DNA of 64,000 bases from a virus. The DNA is taken from IMG/VR virus record IMGVR_UViG_3300022926_000006, positions 18,084 to 82,083 of that record, one strand, 5' to 3'. Below, one piece after another: positions 11,201-21,712 of the stretch (its first letter is position 1; the number at the start of each line of letters is the position of its first letter). The translations under genes were made by a program, and so were the position numbers. The notes below the pieces were generated by a model that saw only the letters and a program-made list of their open reading frames with translations, was not told where the DNA came from and did no database searches.

Positions 11201-14200
11201 GTAAGGAATTAAAGAAAGGTCTACAATCTTATCGCCAAGAGATTTGTTTACATAACTACTTTGAAGAGAAGTCGCAGTTCCAATGTTGATTTGTCCAACC
11301 TCTTGGGTAGTCGTTGTTACAGTATTAAATCCAATAAATCTGCCAGAACGGACAAGACCGCCAGTTGTGGTTGTTTGATTGGTAGCACCAAACCAATTAT
11401 CTTGCCAACCTTCCCAAACTGTACCTTCAACTCCAATTTCATCTGCTAAGAATTGAATTGCATCAAAGTTGTTATCATCTTGTACAATTAGGTCAGGTCT
11501 GCGAGTTGTATCTTTCCAGTCATCTGATGCTGGAGTAAGTATCATTTCACCAGTAAAGGCGGAAACTTTATATGCGTTGACATCCATTGTGTCTGATGCA
11601 TATGGATTATTAATATAAGAAACTTCTGAATATGGAAGAGTGATAATACCATCAACGTGTTTTTTGTATCCAGATGTTGCTCTCTCGGCGTCTGTAGATA
11701 CAGTTTCTACTAAAGAAACAATATCTGAGTGCGCCATTGGTCGCGCAACTTTTCTCTTCATATCTACAGCAATACGATAATCTTCATTTGATACGTTACC
11801 AATGCCATGTCCACTAAATGGATCAACAATAAATCCATTCTTTAATCTATCATTACCATTAACATCTTTAACTAGTAGGTCGGTTGTTGCTTTTTCAAGT
11901 AAGTTAAGACTACTAATCAATTCTAGATTATTAATTCTAGTTTCCAATTTACCAATGTCGCGCATTGTATATCGTTTGTTATTGATTTTTTTCGCAATTG
12001 CTTCTGTTGTATTAAGTACATATGGTTGATAACTTACAACAAATAACGTCATTGCCTTATCTAAGTCGGCAGGTGGTTTAGGATCATCTGCAGGAACACC
12101 CTTGACAACAAAGAATTCTCCGTCAAAGTTAGCAACAACTTTATCAATTCTAGGTAAGTAATATGAGAAGTCTGCTTCTACATTGGTTCCGATTACAGGT
12201 AGTTCACCTTTTGCTGAACCAGAACCTGTGAATGATACTCCAGCATCATCAATTCTAGGTCTAAAGTCTAAACTATCTCGCAAGTCATATGATGCACCAT
12301 CAGTTCCAGATGAGATATATGTAGGAATATCTTCATAATCAATAACGCCATCATAACTATCTACTGAGAAATAGTCTCCAGCACCATGAGTGAAGTAATC
12401 AAAAGTAATGAGCAATCTTCCAGATGGGGCAGGATTGCCAGATTTTAACTTAATGCTTGCTAAGTCGTAATATGCATCTTTTTGTCCCGTGTCGAAATCA
12501 TATCTACTAGTAATATCTAAATCGGATGCTGTTGCATTAGTACTAAAGTCAGCAGACATTTTAATAGATACCAATCGATATCCATCTGCTTTACCGAGTT
12601 TAATAACTGTGTTTTGTGCTTCTGCTTGCGTAGTAACTTGTTTTGTTTGATTAAGATTTAATGTTTTACTTTTTTCAACAGCATCATTGCCACGAACATC
12701 AACTGAAGCAATCAAATCTACTGTATCACCATCAGTTACAGGAGTATCAGTTAGATTGTGAAGTTCACTAATGTTTAGTGTGCGGTCAGAACCAGTAAGG
12801 GTTAAGTTTGACGTTGTAATTTTTAGAACATCACCAGCACTTCTTGCCGAACCGCCTGCAGGTGTATTAATAATAAGTGTAAAGTTAGAAATATTGCCAG
12901 TAGAAGCGAATGTCTCTTCGGTTCCAGCGGCAGTAAATGACACAGAACCATTGTTTGCGTTTGCTACTGTTCCTGTTGCAAATTTTCTACGAACAGTGTA
13001 GTTAGTAGATGCAACATTATCTGGTGTGGCAGAACTATCACCACGAACTTTTCTCATACGGAAGTAGTTTGTATCGAATACAAGAATTTTTCTATCTGGT
13101 CTGATAATCTCTGCGCTAAAACGCTTCACAGAACCAGAAGTAATCGCCGCTAGACCGTTAGCAGTAAGGTTTAGAGATAAGTTGTTAGTAATTGTAGCAA
13201 CTTCACCAACATCGGTGTCGTTGATGTATAGACGGTCTCCTACACTCACCTGTGAATTAAACAGTGTTCCTTGTCCAGTTACGGTTACTGCGCCTGTGCC
13301 TACTGTAGCACTACCTGTGAGTGTTACTAGTTTAGGCGAGATATCACATTTGAATGTTGCGCTTGCGGCAGTTGAATTATCTCCAAATGCTCTAGCATCT
13401 CTAGTAAAATCTTTACCTTGGTTCATAACAATATCAAAAATACCAAACTTAAATTCAGTCTCACCTGTGTGTGCATCATCATAGTCACCACTATGAAGCA
13501 TGAAACTTCTTACATTACAACTACCAATTGCTGTTGGTGTACCACTAACAAAGTCATCGTAAATATAAATTTCTTCATAATCATCAATCTCAGGCATACC
13601 AGTTACGTTTTGTACAATTACATAGTTGCCAATTGGTGTCTGAATTGGTGTATCTACTACACGATTAAATGTTCTTGGTTTCTCAACATTCAAAAAACGA
13701 GTTGCTTGTAACTCAACTTCATAACCTTGAATATATGCTTTACCAGGTTCGATGCCTAAAGCAAGATTTTCAGCAAGTCCACCCTCTAAGGTAGTAAAGA
13801 TACCTCTGTTATTACCAGAGATTAAACTTTCGCGAACATCGACTTTGAATGGTTTAACCTCATAGTCACCACTTTCGTCATATGTTCTTCTTGCAAACTC
13901 TTCAGCAAGAACATTATAGTCTGCTTTCTTGACAAATCTTTGAATAGTACCGTTTTTAACACGACCCAATTCGATAAAGTTTGTATCAGTAGTTGCATCT
14001 AATGCTCTTTTTTCAAGAGTGAGAGTAATTTTATATCTGTGGGCACCAGGAGCGGCAAAGTTTGATGCTCCTTGTGCATTATCTTTTAGTGTTTCATCTT
14101 CTTCTGGTGTTAGTGTGCTTTGTACAACTTTCCAACCAACACGATATGATGGAGCATTATGATATGGTTCCAACAATATGGTTTGGTTTTCGTTAGCAAC

Positions 14201-14878
14201 AAAGAACCCATTTACAAAATAGACACCAGCATTTACTCTTACCGCAGAACCAGTACCTACTGTGTCGTTTAGTCCTGCTTCTAATAACCCACCGGCATCT
14301 GTCTGTGCAACATTAATTACACTTCTAACAGTTCCAGTAGGTCTTATAGATGCAGAAATCTCAGTAGTTTGGTCTGCGGTAAGAAATTGATTTTTTAATT
14401 GAGTATTATCCGCATTGAGAGATGTTACAGTTTCACCAATAGAAAAGGTATTCGTTGTATTATTAGTACCACTATCTTCATACTTAATGTATAGCGTCAT
14501 TGGAGTGCTAGAGGTTGCCGCTACAGTTCCAATAACTCTCGCTTTAACGCCAGTTTCACTACCGGTAATAATTTTATTAACAAAGTCTGTTCTATAACTT
14601 TCAACATTCTGTGCATTAAATGTAGATTGAACCTTAATGAAATCATATTCCATATCAAATGCAACATCACCAGGAATCACCATCGATCCTTCTTCAAATA
14701 CATGACTACCAAATCTTTCAATTTGATTTTGAAGAATTGATTGTAACTGTGTTAACTCTCTCGCCTGAACAGGAAATCCAGGACGAAAGAGTACACGATG
14801 ATACTTCTTTGATTTGGCACCCGCGGCGCCTTCAAAGTCATCATAATAAGGGTCTACATTAAAGTCGATAACTGCCAT
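8282..14878 (-). CDS. Large virion structural protein (VrlC/DUF4815-like)
   Basis: 2198 aa; N-terminal FNVDPYYDDF...YHRVLFRPGFPVQARELTQLQSILQNQIERFG and DPLAQTF motifs. Confidence 0.85.
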   Translation of the reverse strand: MAVIDFNVDPYYDDFEGAAGAKSKKYHRVLFRPGFPVQARELTQLQSILQNQIERFGSHVFEEGSMVIPGDVAFDMEYDFIKVQSTFNAQNVESYRTDFVNKIITGSETGVKARVIGTVAATSSTPMTLYIKYEDSGTNNTTNTFSIGETVTSLNADNTQLKNQFLTADQTTEISASIRPTGTVRSVINVAQTDAGGLLEAGLNDTVGTGSAVRVNAGVYFVNGFFVANENQTILLEPYHNAPSYRVGWKVVQSTLTPEEDETLKDNAQGASNFAAPGAHRYKITLTLEKRALDATTDTNFIELGRVKNGTIQRFVKKADYNVLAEEFARRTYDESGDYEVKPFKVDVRESLISGNNRGIFTTLEGGLAENLALGIEPGKAYIQGYEVELQATRFLNVEKPRTFNRVVDTPIQTPIGNYVIVQNVTGMPEIDDYEEIYIYDDFVSGTPTAIGSCNVRSFMLHSGDYDDAHTGETEFKFGIFDIVMNQGKDFTRDARAFGDNSTAASATFKCDISPKLVTLTGSATVGTGAVTVTGQGTLFNSQVSVGDRLYINDTDVGEVATITNNLSLNLTANGLAAITSGSVKRFSAEIIRPDRKILVFDTNYFRMRKVRGDSSATPDNVASTNYTVRRKFATGTVANANNGSVSFTAAGTEETFASTGNISNFTLIINTPAGGSARSAGDVLKITTSNLTLTGSDRTLNISELHNLTDTPVTDGDTVDLIASVDVRGNDAVEKSKTLNLNQTKQVTTQAEAQNTVIKLGKADGYRLVSIKMSADFSTNATASDLDITSRYDFDTGQKDAYYDLASIKLKSGNPAPSGRLLITFDYFTHGAGDYFSVDSYDGVIDYEDIPTYISSGTDGASYDLRDSLDFRPRIDDAGVSFTGSGSAKGELPVIGTNVEADFSYYLPRIDKVVANFDGEFFVVKGVPADDPKPPADLDKAMTLFVVSYQPYVLNTTEAIAKKINNKRYTMRDIGKLETRINNLELISSLNLLEKATTDLLVKDVNGNDRLKNGFIVDPFSGHGIGNVSNEDYRIAVDMKRKVARPMAHSDIVSLVETVSTDAERATSGYKKHVDGIITLPYSEVSYINNPYASDTMDVNAYKVSAFTGEMILTPASDDWKDTTRRPDLIVQDDNNFDAIQFLADEIGVEGTVWEGWQDNWFGATNQTTTTGGLVRSGRFIGFNTVTTTTQEVGQINIGTATSLQSSYVNKSLGDKIVDLSLIPYMREIPIHVSVGNMKPRTKVQAFFDNVNVNAYVRPDEKLTVTSTNRTDFQFTPMADPGSQADTDSARFWDSFDQNSGSWLKQPFAAFGFGDVVRNQVHTPTTVTNVTQVGNVTTITLASVNGIAVGHMVTFANIGGAIELNYDGVNDNRYFVESVNTGTNQITIIQIDYNNSPVSALTAYTSGGTATRLQASGVVSYQRPDDPNGAANAPVDINITNRQNGFAIGDVLTGTLLNNAGNINQCTITAVNDVTDATSTDVYKKLQKFGGDKITDDDGSFNGVFVVPNNASTQFRTGERVFRLIDNISNNLDYGTHSTKAERIFHASGLNEEREETILSVRQAEFVRDRVQQDRVVTRSIGTSSRFTPTRRIGHDPLAQTFVVQDVIDGAMITKVDLFFSARGTRPLIVQLLNTKDGNPSGKILAQKTIPASAINTSDDATVSTTISFDSPVFMQQDATYALVLKADEPGMRVFFSEVGKTNIGDGRIVSQNPLTGTMFLSQNGGTWTPFQTRDLKFTLHRAEFSDAVGQINFQNSRNGYTTLRTDPFETTTGSNKVRVYQRNHGFVAGNKVSIAGVPSGFYGANSTSVGIPHTELNGQHTVVAPVTTDTYVIEVTEANIADGGAYPGTEADILSADFVGGAGVRATRNLPVDVITPTVTQLKFANTSLTYDLNIGNTSGVFTGLQNIPENDITYFTDRKSIMSYDNQSTAGYSAQLRATLFSSNSFVSPVIDSQRVSLCTVANRIDNLTASDVNVADFDNRTVATANTNIAYSATNSTITTTDATLREEFDTLDIGKEITTSGSGNASNDKTYIITNYKNDGTTSTITVSPAPGVDESASSAITLIQAEKFIHDIAPVGATNLANYVTRRFTLENSSTAIKILYEMNRPAGTTVDVYYKVLPDGDEATFDTIPYVQTTTEIPDSPDENQFIFRERTHLVENLNGFSSIAVKLVFKSTNPASVPQIKNLRVLALAV

Positions 14879-14933
14879 TTATTTCTCCAGTGCGGTTTTA
14901 TTCTAATCTAATCTTTTTGTACAAGTATTTAGA

Positions 14934-16292
14934 TTAGAATTCAACAACGAGTTTGATATCTTCAATCTGGTCAGATGCACGATTAATTGGGCGTCTGTGT
15001 TCGACATACATGATATCACCGCTGTCCGGTTCTACTTCAGGATTGTTCAGAGTATCTACTGTACCAGTTGCAGAAGAAGAACCACCCGTCACTGTTTCTG
15101 CCGCTTGAATTGCGATAAATCCAGTGTTAATGTCTTGGTAATAGCGTAAAATTCTAGTTGCGGAATCGTAATCAATTACCTTTGCAGATGCACCAGAGGT
15201 ACCACCTGTGATTGTTTCATCAGTTACAAATGTTCCACTTAAACCAGCGGCGGCAAGAGTAATTGATTTTGTTGCAGACATAGTTACTGCAGTTGAAACT
15301 ACACTAGTACCAAAGTTATAAGGATCACGAACAAGACCAATTCTACGATAGTCGTTAGAAACTGGGAAGTCTCCAGAACCGTCATTGTACTCAAGTCTTA
15401 CGTTGTTCATTACATAAAATCCACCAAGTTCATGTACTGGATTAGATGAGTGTCCACCTTTTGGTGAAATTACTGCAGTCATCGCACCACCAGAACCAGA
15501 ACCACCGGTAATAGAGATAGATGCTTGAGTATATCCTGTTCCTTCTGCGGTAATTGTTACTGCAGTGATAGAACCAGCGGAAACAGTTGCAGTTGCAGTT
15601 GCGCCTGTTCCATCACCTGTGATAGTGACGGTTGGAGCAGAACTATAACCAGAACCAGCGTTTGTAATGATGATATGACGAATTTCACCATCTACTGCCG
15701 CTTGCTGTGTATCCCATTGTTCTTTGTATGGTTGTCCAGCACCCGGATCGGAAGTGACATATTTAACTGGCATAAAGTCAGTTGATAAAAACTTCAGTGC
15801 ATCAGAAGCAGAGATTGTGTACATGTATTTCCACACATAACTATCTGCAGTTGTGATGTAACCAGTTGAAGTTCCAGTTGGTTTGGTTGTTGATGCAGTA
15901 TTTCCATTATTAGAAATACATTTGTAAACATTATAGTCATCAGTCAATACATAGAATGAAGCACTAAATAATGAAGATGCTCCACTGTTTGATTGATTTG
16001 ATGATGAGATATTATGTTCGTACTCATCATAAACTGTACCTGAAGTCCAGTTTCTGCGAACTACTGCGTGAGTGATGTCAGATGAGGTTACACGTTTCAT
16101 TGCAACCATATCGTCATATGCATTAAATGCTGTATCATCGTTGTCAGCAGGAGTAGGCGGTGCGGTATCATCGGTCCACGCCTGTGGTCTTCCGATGAAC
16201 AAATAAGTGTTAGTTGCGGCAGTCTCACTAAATGCTTCCATGTATTGTTCAGCATTGTGAATCCGAAACTTGTTCGTAATGATAGCGGCCAT
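14934..16292 (-). CDS. gp8: Baseplate wedge subunit gp8
   Basis: 452 aa; MAAIIT.KFRIHNA, VYKCISN, YVWKYMYTI, C-terminal QIEDIKLVVEF. Confidence 0.9.
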   Translation of the reverse strand: MAAIITNKFRIHNAEQYMEAFSETAATNTYLFIGRPQAWTDDTAPPTPADNDDTAFNAYDDMVAMKRVTSSDITHAVVRRNWTSGTVYDEYEHNISSSNQSNSGASSLFSASFYVLTDDYNVYKCISNNGNTASTTKPTGTSTGYITTADSYVWKYMYTISASDALKFLSTDFMPVKYVTSDPGAGQPYKEQWDTQQAAVDGEIRHIIITNAGSGYSSAPTVTITGDGTGATATATVSAGSITAVTITAEGTGYTQASISITGGSGSGGAMTAVISPKGGHSSNPVHELGGFYVMNNVRLEYNDGSGDFPVSNDYRRIGLVRDPYNFGTSVVSTAVTMSATKSITLAAAGLSGTFVTDETITGGTSGASAKVIDYDSATRILRYYQDINTGFIAIQAAETVTGGSSSATGTVDTLNNPEVEPDSGDIMYVEHRRPINRASDQIEDIKLVVEF

Positions 16293-16322
16293 TTTATTCC
16301 TCTCTAAGTTAATCTATTACTA

Positions 16323-16330
16323 TATTTATA
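16323..16330 (-). promoter_or_regulatory. T4-type late promoter TATAAATA
   Basis: Exact consensus upstream of gp8. Confidence 0.7.
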
Positions 16331-16337
16331 ACAGTTT

Positions 16338-19328
16338 TTAACTGTCTCTCAAGAAGATTTCACTATCAAACGTGAAATCCGTCTTACGCCCTGGATAATT
16401 TACCAAGTCATCTATAACTAAGTTACCTATGTTCTGAATTTGAGTATTCGCATAAGTATCCCAGTAGTTATTATTTGCTGTGTTCGTGCCAGTATAATTA
16501 CTGGTCATGATAGAACTATTATAGTTATCTCTATAAATTCTACCTCCACGGTCAACGCTTCTAAATCCTATTAATTCTGGAATAATCTTGTCTCCAGTTT
16601 CTAATAAAATATCTTCTCCATCTTCTTTTGTTACTCTTCTATCATCTGCATATGGTGGCATAAGGAACTTGAACCTATCAATTGAGTATCCTGTTGTTCC
16701 TAGTTTTGCGCTTCCAAAACTTTCGTGTAACATAGTATCTTCTAGTCCAAGTGATGCAATTAAATGCAACTTGGATGAAGTAACAACTTTTAAATCATCT
16801 ACACTTGTAATAGTTGGTAGATATAAAGTTACTACTTGTTGTGCCACACTTGCGATACGCGAAAGTTGCTTGTATATTTCAATCTGATGTTTAACACTCG
16901 TATTCATCGTTAAATCATTTACGAGTGCTTCAAATGTATGTATAAGCACAGTAATATCCGGAGTTTCGGAAGTCTTGTTATGCTGATTACCGCCCAAAGT
17001 AGGAATGTTAGGTGCAGTAGGTATCTCAGCAATCACTTCAAGTACTCCACCCCCTCTGATATACAATACGACCTGTTTCAGTAGATTTATTGTAGCATCT
17101 ATATTCGCCATTGGTGTTCTAAATCTTGGGAATATTAAAGTTGGACTTAATCCGAATCCAGGTTCTGTTCCGTGAATATACTCTTCACCTCGTAGATAAT
17201 TTTTACCTTTATTGGACAATGTTTCAAAACTATCTTCCGCCAAAAGATAAGTTCCATCTTCTTTCATTAATCTTGTAGGGAACAATGTTGCTTGCGCCAC
17301 CTCAAAGAATATTTCCAGTTCAAGTTTTTGAAGATGCGGCGTTGTTAATGTTTGTAACAAAATTTCATTCAACAACTTAATTTGTTTAAATCTAGGTGTT
17401 GCTGAGTTTAATCTAAAGTCACTTCCTCCAAATACTCTTGCTCGGACTGAAGTTGAAATTGAAACTTCACCAAATAAAGCAAGACCAACTGGATGAAGAA
17501 TTCTCTTAACCGCATCTCTCCATACGTTAATTGAGTTACCAACTTTGACAACATAAGAAAAGTCTTGATAATATAAACTATCTTGAATTTTTTTAGAACT
17601 TTCAGAGATACGCCCATCTGCTCCAAATAGAACACCTTCACTTCGCGAAACGGTTCCTGTTATTGGATGAATAATTGCTGGATCACAATCATGTATTATT
17701 GCTTCTGCTCCTGACACCGCACCAACAACTCGTATGCGTCCTCTATTCGATGCAAAATTATCAGTAGATGTGGTTGTTCTAATATTATATAAATTACGAG
17801 TATTATCAAAAGATACAATAGTACCAGAAGACAAAACATCATTTTCATCTAATAAACAACTTCCATCTTCCAATAAAATCTCATCACCATCTTCGGCGAG
17901 AATTCTACCGTGTCTTTCGTTTATTATTTCTCCTGGTTGGAATGTTCCAACAATATTCTTTAATATTGCAAGTTGTCTAGGTGTCACTAAAGGCGCAGAA
18001 AAATATCCACTACCTAAGTTTGTTCTCTGCACACCTGAAATTCTACCAATTTCCGTTGACGTTGCATAAATCTCAGCACCAGTACCATTTGTATCATCAA
18101 CTTCAACAGTTGGTAGTGCTTGATAGTTGGAACCAGTATTAACAATTCTAATATCTTGTACAACACCATCATGATCCGCATCTTCAGGTACAATGTGATT
18201 ACCATCTTCTAACAATACTTTATCAACACCACCCTCAGTGACAATTCTTCTAAAGTCCCCAACGAGAATTTTATCTCCGGTTTCAAGTAGAATAGCATCA
18301 CTTTCACCAGATTCCAATACCAATTGTCTTTCAATTCTATTGACATAGGCAACAGAAGAAGTTCCTAAACCTGTATTAGAATATACAATAGCATCTTGTA
18401 GTTGATAATCTTTACCGCCGTTTTCAATAATAAATCCATCAACGCCACCTTTACCTATAGTGGTAATATCAAATTGAGCACCGTTACCAATATCTTCACT
18501 TATAATATTATCACCAGTCTCGGTTAAAATATTATCTCCATCTACCTCTTTAACTATAAATGGAGTTAAGTTTTTTGTGACTAGTGGGTCACTAGGTACA
18601 TAATATGTACCATCATTCGTAATAGTAATGTCAGTAATAATCTCATCAACAATAGCAGTGACAACTTGTCCAGATACAGAATCCGTTACTGTAACAATCT
18701 CACCGGCAACAAACTGTCCACTCACAGAATTTTCAGTTAATACTAGTTGATAAATTTCATCATCACCTACAGCGAAAGCAATAAAGTTCTCAACAAGACC
18801 TGTTGCTAAGTTAACATTAGGTTGTAGTGGTTTGTTTGCTTGTACAATAGTTTGACCAATAAGTAATCCGCTATCACCAACAACATTTTTAATGTTTAGA
18901 ATTGTATCTGATGTAAAGTTACCAGCGGAAACTCGTAACATATCCTTTTTTGGATAATAGACTTCAACTTCTTCATTGAATAACATTCTGAATAATAGTA
19001 TAAGCGACTTATCCGTGCCTTTACTTTGATAAAAGTCTTTTACTCTTTTAAGAAATAATCTCTTATCATTAATAATATTATCTGGAATATCTACAAGATA
19101 ATTTTTCTTAAAGTAAGAAACAAAAGAATCCACAGTTTTATCAATGTCACTATACAAATGTGCGTTTCTAGTACGCTCAATTGCATTACCTTCCAGTTCT
19201 AACCACTCATAGTATGCTTCTATAAAAGCAACAAACGTAGTGTGGTCAGATTGTACAAATTCAGGTAGTTGCTCAGACAATACTGCCGAGACGGTACCCT
19301 TTACTTCATCTGAATTAATATTTAACAT
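16338..19328 (-). CDS. gp7: Baseplate wedge initiator gp7-like
   Basis: 996 aa; QLPEFV...F..F..AYYEWLE, FYQSKGT..S...LFR.LF, IQDSLYYQDFSYV, LHPVG; position between gp6 and gp8. Confidence 0.8.
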   Translation of the reverse strand: MLNINSDEVKGTVSAVLSEQLPEFVQSDHTTFVAFIEAYYEWLELEGNAIERTRNAHLYSDIDKTVDSFVSYFKKNYLVDIPDNIINDKRLFLKRVKDFYQSKGTDKSLILLFRMLFNEEVEVYYPKKDMLRVSAGNFTSDTILNIKNVVGDSGLLIGQTIVQANKPLQPNVNLATGLVENFIAFAVGDDEIYQLVLTENSVSGQFVAGEIVTVTDSVSGQVVTAIVDEIITDITITNDGTYYVPSDPLVTKNLTPFIVKEVDGDNILTETGDNIISEDIGNGAQFDITTIGKGGVDGFIIENGGKDYQLQDAIVYSNTGLGTSSVAYVNRIERQLVLESGESDAILLETGDKILVGDFRRIVTEGGVDKVLLEDGNHIVPEDADHDGVVQDIRIVNTGSNYQALPTVEVDDTNGTGAEIYATSTEIGRISGVQRTNLGSGYFSAPLVTPRQLAILKNIVGTFQPGEIINERHGRILAEDGDEILLEDGSCLLDENDVLSSGTIVSFDNTRNLYNIRTTTSTDNFASNRGRIRVVGAVSGAEAIIHDCDPAIIHPITGTVSRSEGVLFGADGRISESSKKIQDSLYYQDFSYVVKVGNSINVWRDAVKRILHPVGLALFGEVSISTSVRARVFGGSDFRLNSATPRFKQIKLLNEILLQTLTTPHLQKLELEIFFEVAQATLFPTRLMKEDGTYLLAEDSFETLSNKGKNYLRGEEYIHGTEPGFGLSPTLIFPRFRTPMANIDATINLLKQVVLYIRGGGVLEVIAEIPTAPNIPTLGGNQHNKTSETPDITVLIHTFEALVNDLTMNTSVKHQIEIYKQLSRIASVAQQVVTLYLPTITSVDDLKVVTSSKLHLIASLGLEDTMLHESFGSAKLGTTGYSIDRFKFLMPPYADDRRVTKEDGEDILLETGDKIIPELIGFRSVDRGGRIYRDNYNSSIMTSNYTGTNTANNNYWDTYANTQIQNIGNLVIDDLVNYPGRKTDFTFDSEIFLRDS

Positions 19329-21289
19329 TAGTAACTACTTCCACTACTTCCGCTACTTCCACTACTACTACTTACAACAGAGGATGCCGAACCAGAACCA
19401 GCAGAACCAACAACTCCAGTTCCACCAGTTTTACTTAATTCACTATTCGGTGTTGTGATATATTCAACACCAGCAGAGGATTCGCCAGTTGAGACTTTAT
19501 CTACAATTGTGTTAACTGTAATATCATCTTCACTAATAGACAAAAGAACATTTCTAACACTCACAATATCACTTGAGTTTAGAGTTATGTATATCTCAAC
19601 TGTATTTGCATCCAAAGTTGTATCAGAAATATTTAATTGGTCAATAATTAATTTACCAGTTGAATATTCTATTGTTCCTTGTTGACTGTTTACATAAACT
19701 CTTGTAGATGAACCTTCTTCAAGATAGTATGAACGAATATTTCCATTACCATCATCATCTAGATAAATTGTTTGTGTTCTACCAGATATATTAAATCCAG
19801 TTGACGATAAGTTAGTAGGTGAACCAGGTCCTTGAGTAAACAAAGGATTGTAGAAATTAATTGTGTATTTACTTTCTTGACCTATAATAGCATCAAAACT
19901 TCTCTGACACCTTACGGTTGTAATATTTGAAACAATACCAGGATCGGACCTATCAACAATATTACTAAATTTTGAAAATCTAAACACGCTATCAAACTTT
20001 TTAAGTTCGTTGTTTTGATAATCCATTACAGAAGTTCGAACTGCAGATGAAATATCAGTATAAGATGATGTTGTAGTATTAGGATTCCAGTAAACATTAA
20101 TAGTAGGAATAATATTAATATAAACAGGATCAATAATTTCAGGTGTAATTGAAACCATAGTCTTCGATGATAAAATAGTGTTCTTAATCGCATCTTTGGT
20201 TGATGTGGTTAAAGTTCTACCTGTCCTAGGTTTAATTGACATGAATACTTTTCCATAAACAGGAGGATCATTATCTTCTCCACCCCATACTTGCATAGTA
20301 TCTACGTTGTTATATAATTTAGGTAGAATGACTTTATAATCTTCTGCAGTAACCGCACGATTTTGTGCTGAGTAAAACTTAGGAGCATTGAATTTAATAC
20401 TATCAATTGTCTCTCTAGGTCCACCATTCTCTGCAGAGATAACAGTAGTAATTGTAGCATTTGTAGAACCACCAACTGAAGATGACAGAGTAAAGTTTGA
20501 TGCACCATTTGCTTCTGCTTCATTAGTCACAATATATTCTAGAATGATAATATTACCATCTTCTAATGCAGTACCCAAAACTCCATCACCGAATGTTATT
20601 TCGTATGTTCCATTTTCAACAGCATTTAAAAAATATACATTTGAAGTATTTTGTATATCTAAAATATTTTCTGCTTTAGTAAATGTTGTTACAGTTAAAT
20701 CATTTAAACTATTTTGTACACGAACGGAAAGTGTGGTGGAATCAAAACTCTCTTCAGGAATCAAAAATCTCTGTGTTTTGCTAGATGAACTCTTAGTATA
20801 TAATAGTTGAAGTAGAGTTCCCTCTTTAATATCAATATTTGTAAAAGTATAAACACCTTCGGTAGGTACAATAGTTACATCTGCGGTTGTTACAAACTGA
20901 TAGTTGATGTCCGATACACGACTTCTAAAAACTGTACCTTTTGACATTGTTAATTGTGGAGGCGAACCAACAGGATTATTAATTGTGACGTTAATTCTAG
21001 CAGTTGCCGCTTGTGATGATGATGGTGTATAACCAAGATGTTTAGCAAGAGAAACCACACTGTCTCGCTTAACTGCGCTATCTAAGAACATCTCATTCGA
21101 AACCATGTTGGCGTACACTGCGTTATAGTGAGTATTATATGATAATACATCTAGTAAAGTATTCATTGCTGAACCTTCAAAATTATAATCTTTGAAAGAT
21201 TCCTGAGATGATAGATATGTTTTAAGATTTGCTTTAATATCAGCAAAATCTAATTCGGTTACCCTAAGTCTTTTTGTTGTATTTGCCAT
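19328..21289 (-). CDS. gp6: Baseplate wedge subunit gp6
   Basis: 653 aa; LDF..IK.NLK.YL, DYNFEGS, QNRAVTAEDY, WGGEDNDPP.YGKVF. Confidence 0.92.
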   Translation of the reverse strand: MANTTKRLRVTELDFADIKANLKTYLSSQESFKDYNFEGSAMNTLLDVLSYNTHYNAVYANMVSNEMFLDSAVKRDSVVSLAKHLGYTPSSSQAATARINVTINNPVGSPPQLTMSKGTVFRSRVSDINYQFVTTADVTIVPTEGVYTFTNIDIKEGTLLQLLYTKSSSSKTQRFLIPEESFDSTTLSVRVQNSLNDLTVTTFTKAENILDIQNTSNVYFLNAVENGTYEITFGDGVLGTALEDGNIIILEYIVTNEAEANGASNFTLSSSVGGSTNATITTVISAENGGPRETIDSIKFNAPKFYSAQNRAVTAEDYKVILPKLYNNVDTMQVWGGEDNDPPVYGKVFMSIKPRTGRTLTTSTKDAIKNTILSSKTMVSITPEIIDPVYINIIPTINVYWNPNTTTSSYTDISSAVRTSVMDYQNNELKKFDSVFRFSKFSNIVDRSDPGIVSNITTVRCQRSFDAIIGQESKYTINFYNPLFTQGPGSPTNLSSTGFNISGRTQTIYLDDDGNGNIRSYYLEEGSSTRVYVNSQQGTIEYSTGKLIIDQLNISDTTLDANTVEIYITLNSSDIVSVRNVLLSISEDDITVNTIVDKVSTGESSAGVEYITTPNSELSKTGGTGVVGSAGSGSASSVVSSSSGSSGSSGSSY

Positions 21290-21292
21290 GGA

Positions 21293-21694
21293 TTATCGTG
21301 TCCTTGTGAGATATGTCTCAAATATTTGTTCTTGTGTATGGTTAACTACATAAAAATATATTCTCACTTGATATTCATTGTTATCAGAATTGTCAAATAC
21401 GTCAACCGCTGTCAATTTTACTCTAGGTTCGTGATTTTGAATAACCTCATATATTGTCTTTTCAATCATTCGGCGGGTCATTGGAGTATTGTTTTCAAAC
21501 AGTAGTTCCGCTATACCACATCCTAAATAAGGTTGAAATGGTCTTTCAAAATGCCGAGTGTTAATTAACGCTCTCATAGACTGCTTTACTGCTTCAACAT
21601 CAGATTTTTTCGCCACATCATTAGTACTACTCAACTTTGTAAAATTAAAGTCTAAGTCTGTAAAATCTGCAGTCTGCCTTGTTATCGTTGCCAT
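21293..21694 (-). CDS. gp25: Baseplate wedge subunit gp25
   Basis: 133 aa; ERPFQP.LG..I..LLFE, HEPRV. Confidence 0.9.
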   Translation of the reverse strand: MATITRQTADFTDLDFNFTKLSSTNDVAKKSDVEAVKQSMRALINTRHFERPFQPYLGCGIAELLFENNTPMTRRMIEKTIYEVIQNHEPRVKLTAVDVFDNSDNNEYQVRIYFYVVNHTQEQIFETYLTRTR

Positions 21695-21699
21695 AGAAC

Positions 21700-21707
21700 T
21701 ATTTATA
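21700..21707 (-). promoter_or_regulatory. T4-type late promoter TATAAATA
   Basis: Consensus 5 nt upstream of the gp25 ATG, so possibly a leaderless or very short-leader transcript. Confidence 0.65.
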
Positions 21708-21712
21708 CCTCT

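Noticed and set aside
19328-19440. Ser/Gly low-complexity repeat (CCACTACTT) at the gp6 C-terminus
   Set aside because: Simple coding low-complexity tail, not a functional DNA repeat array
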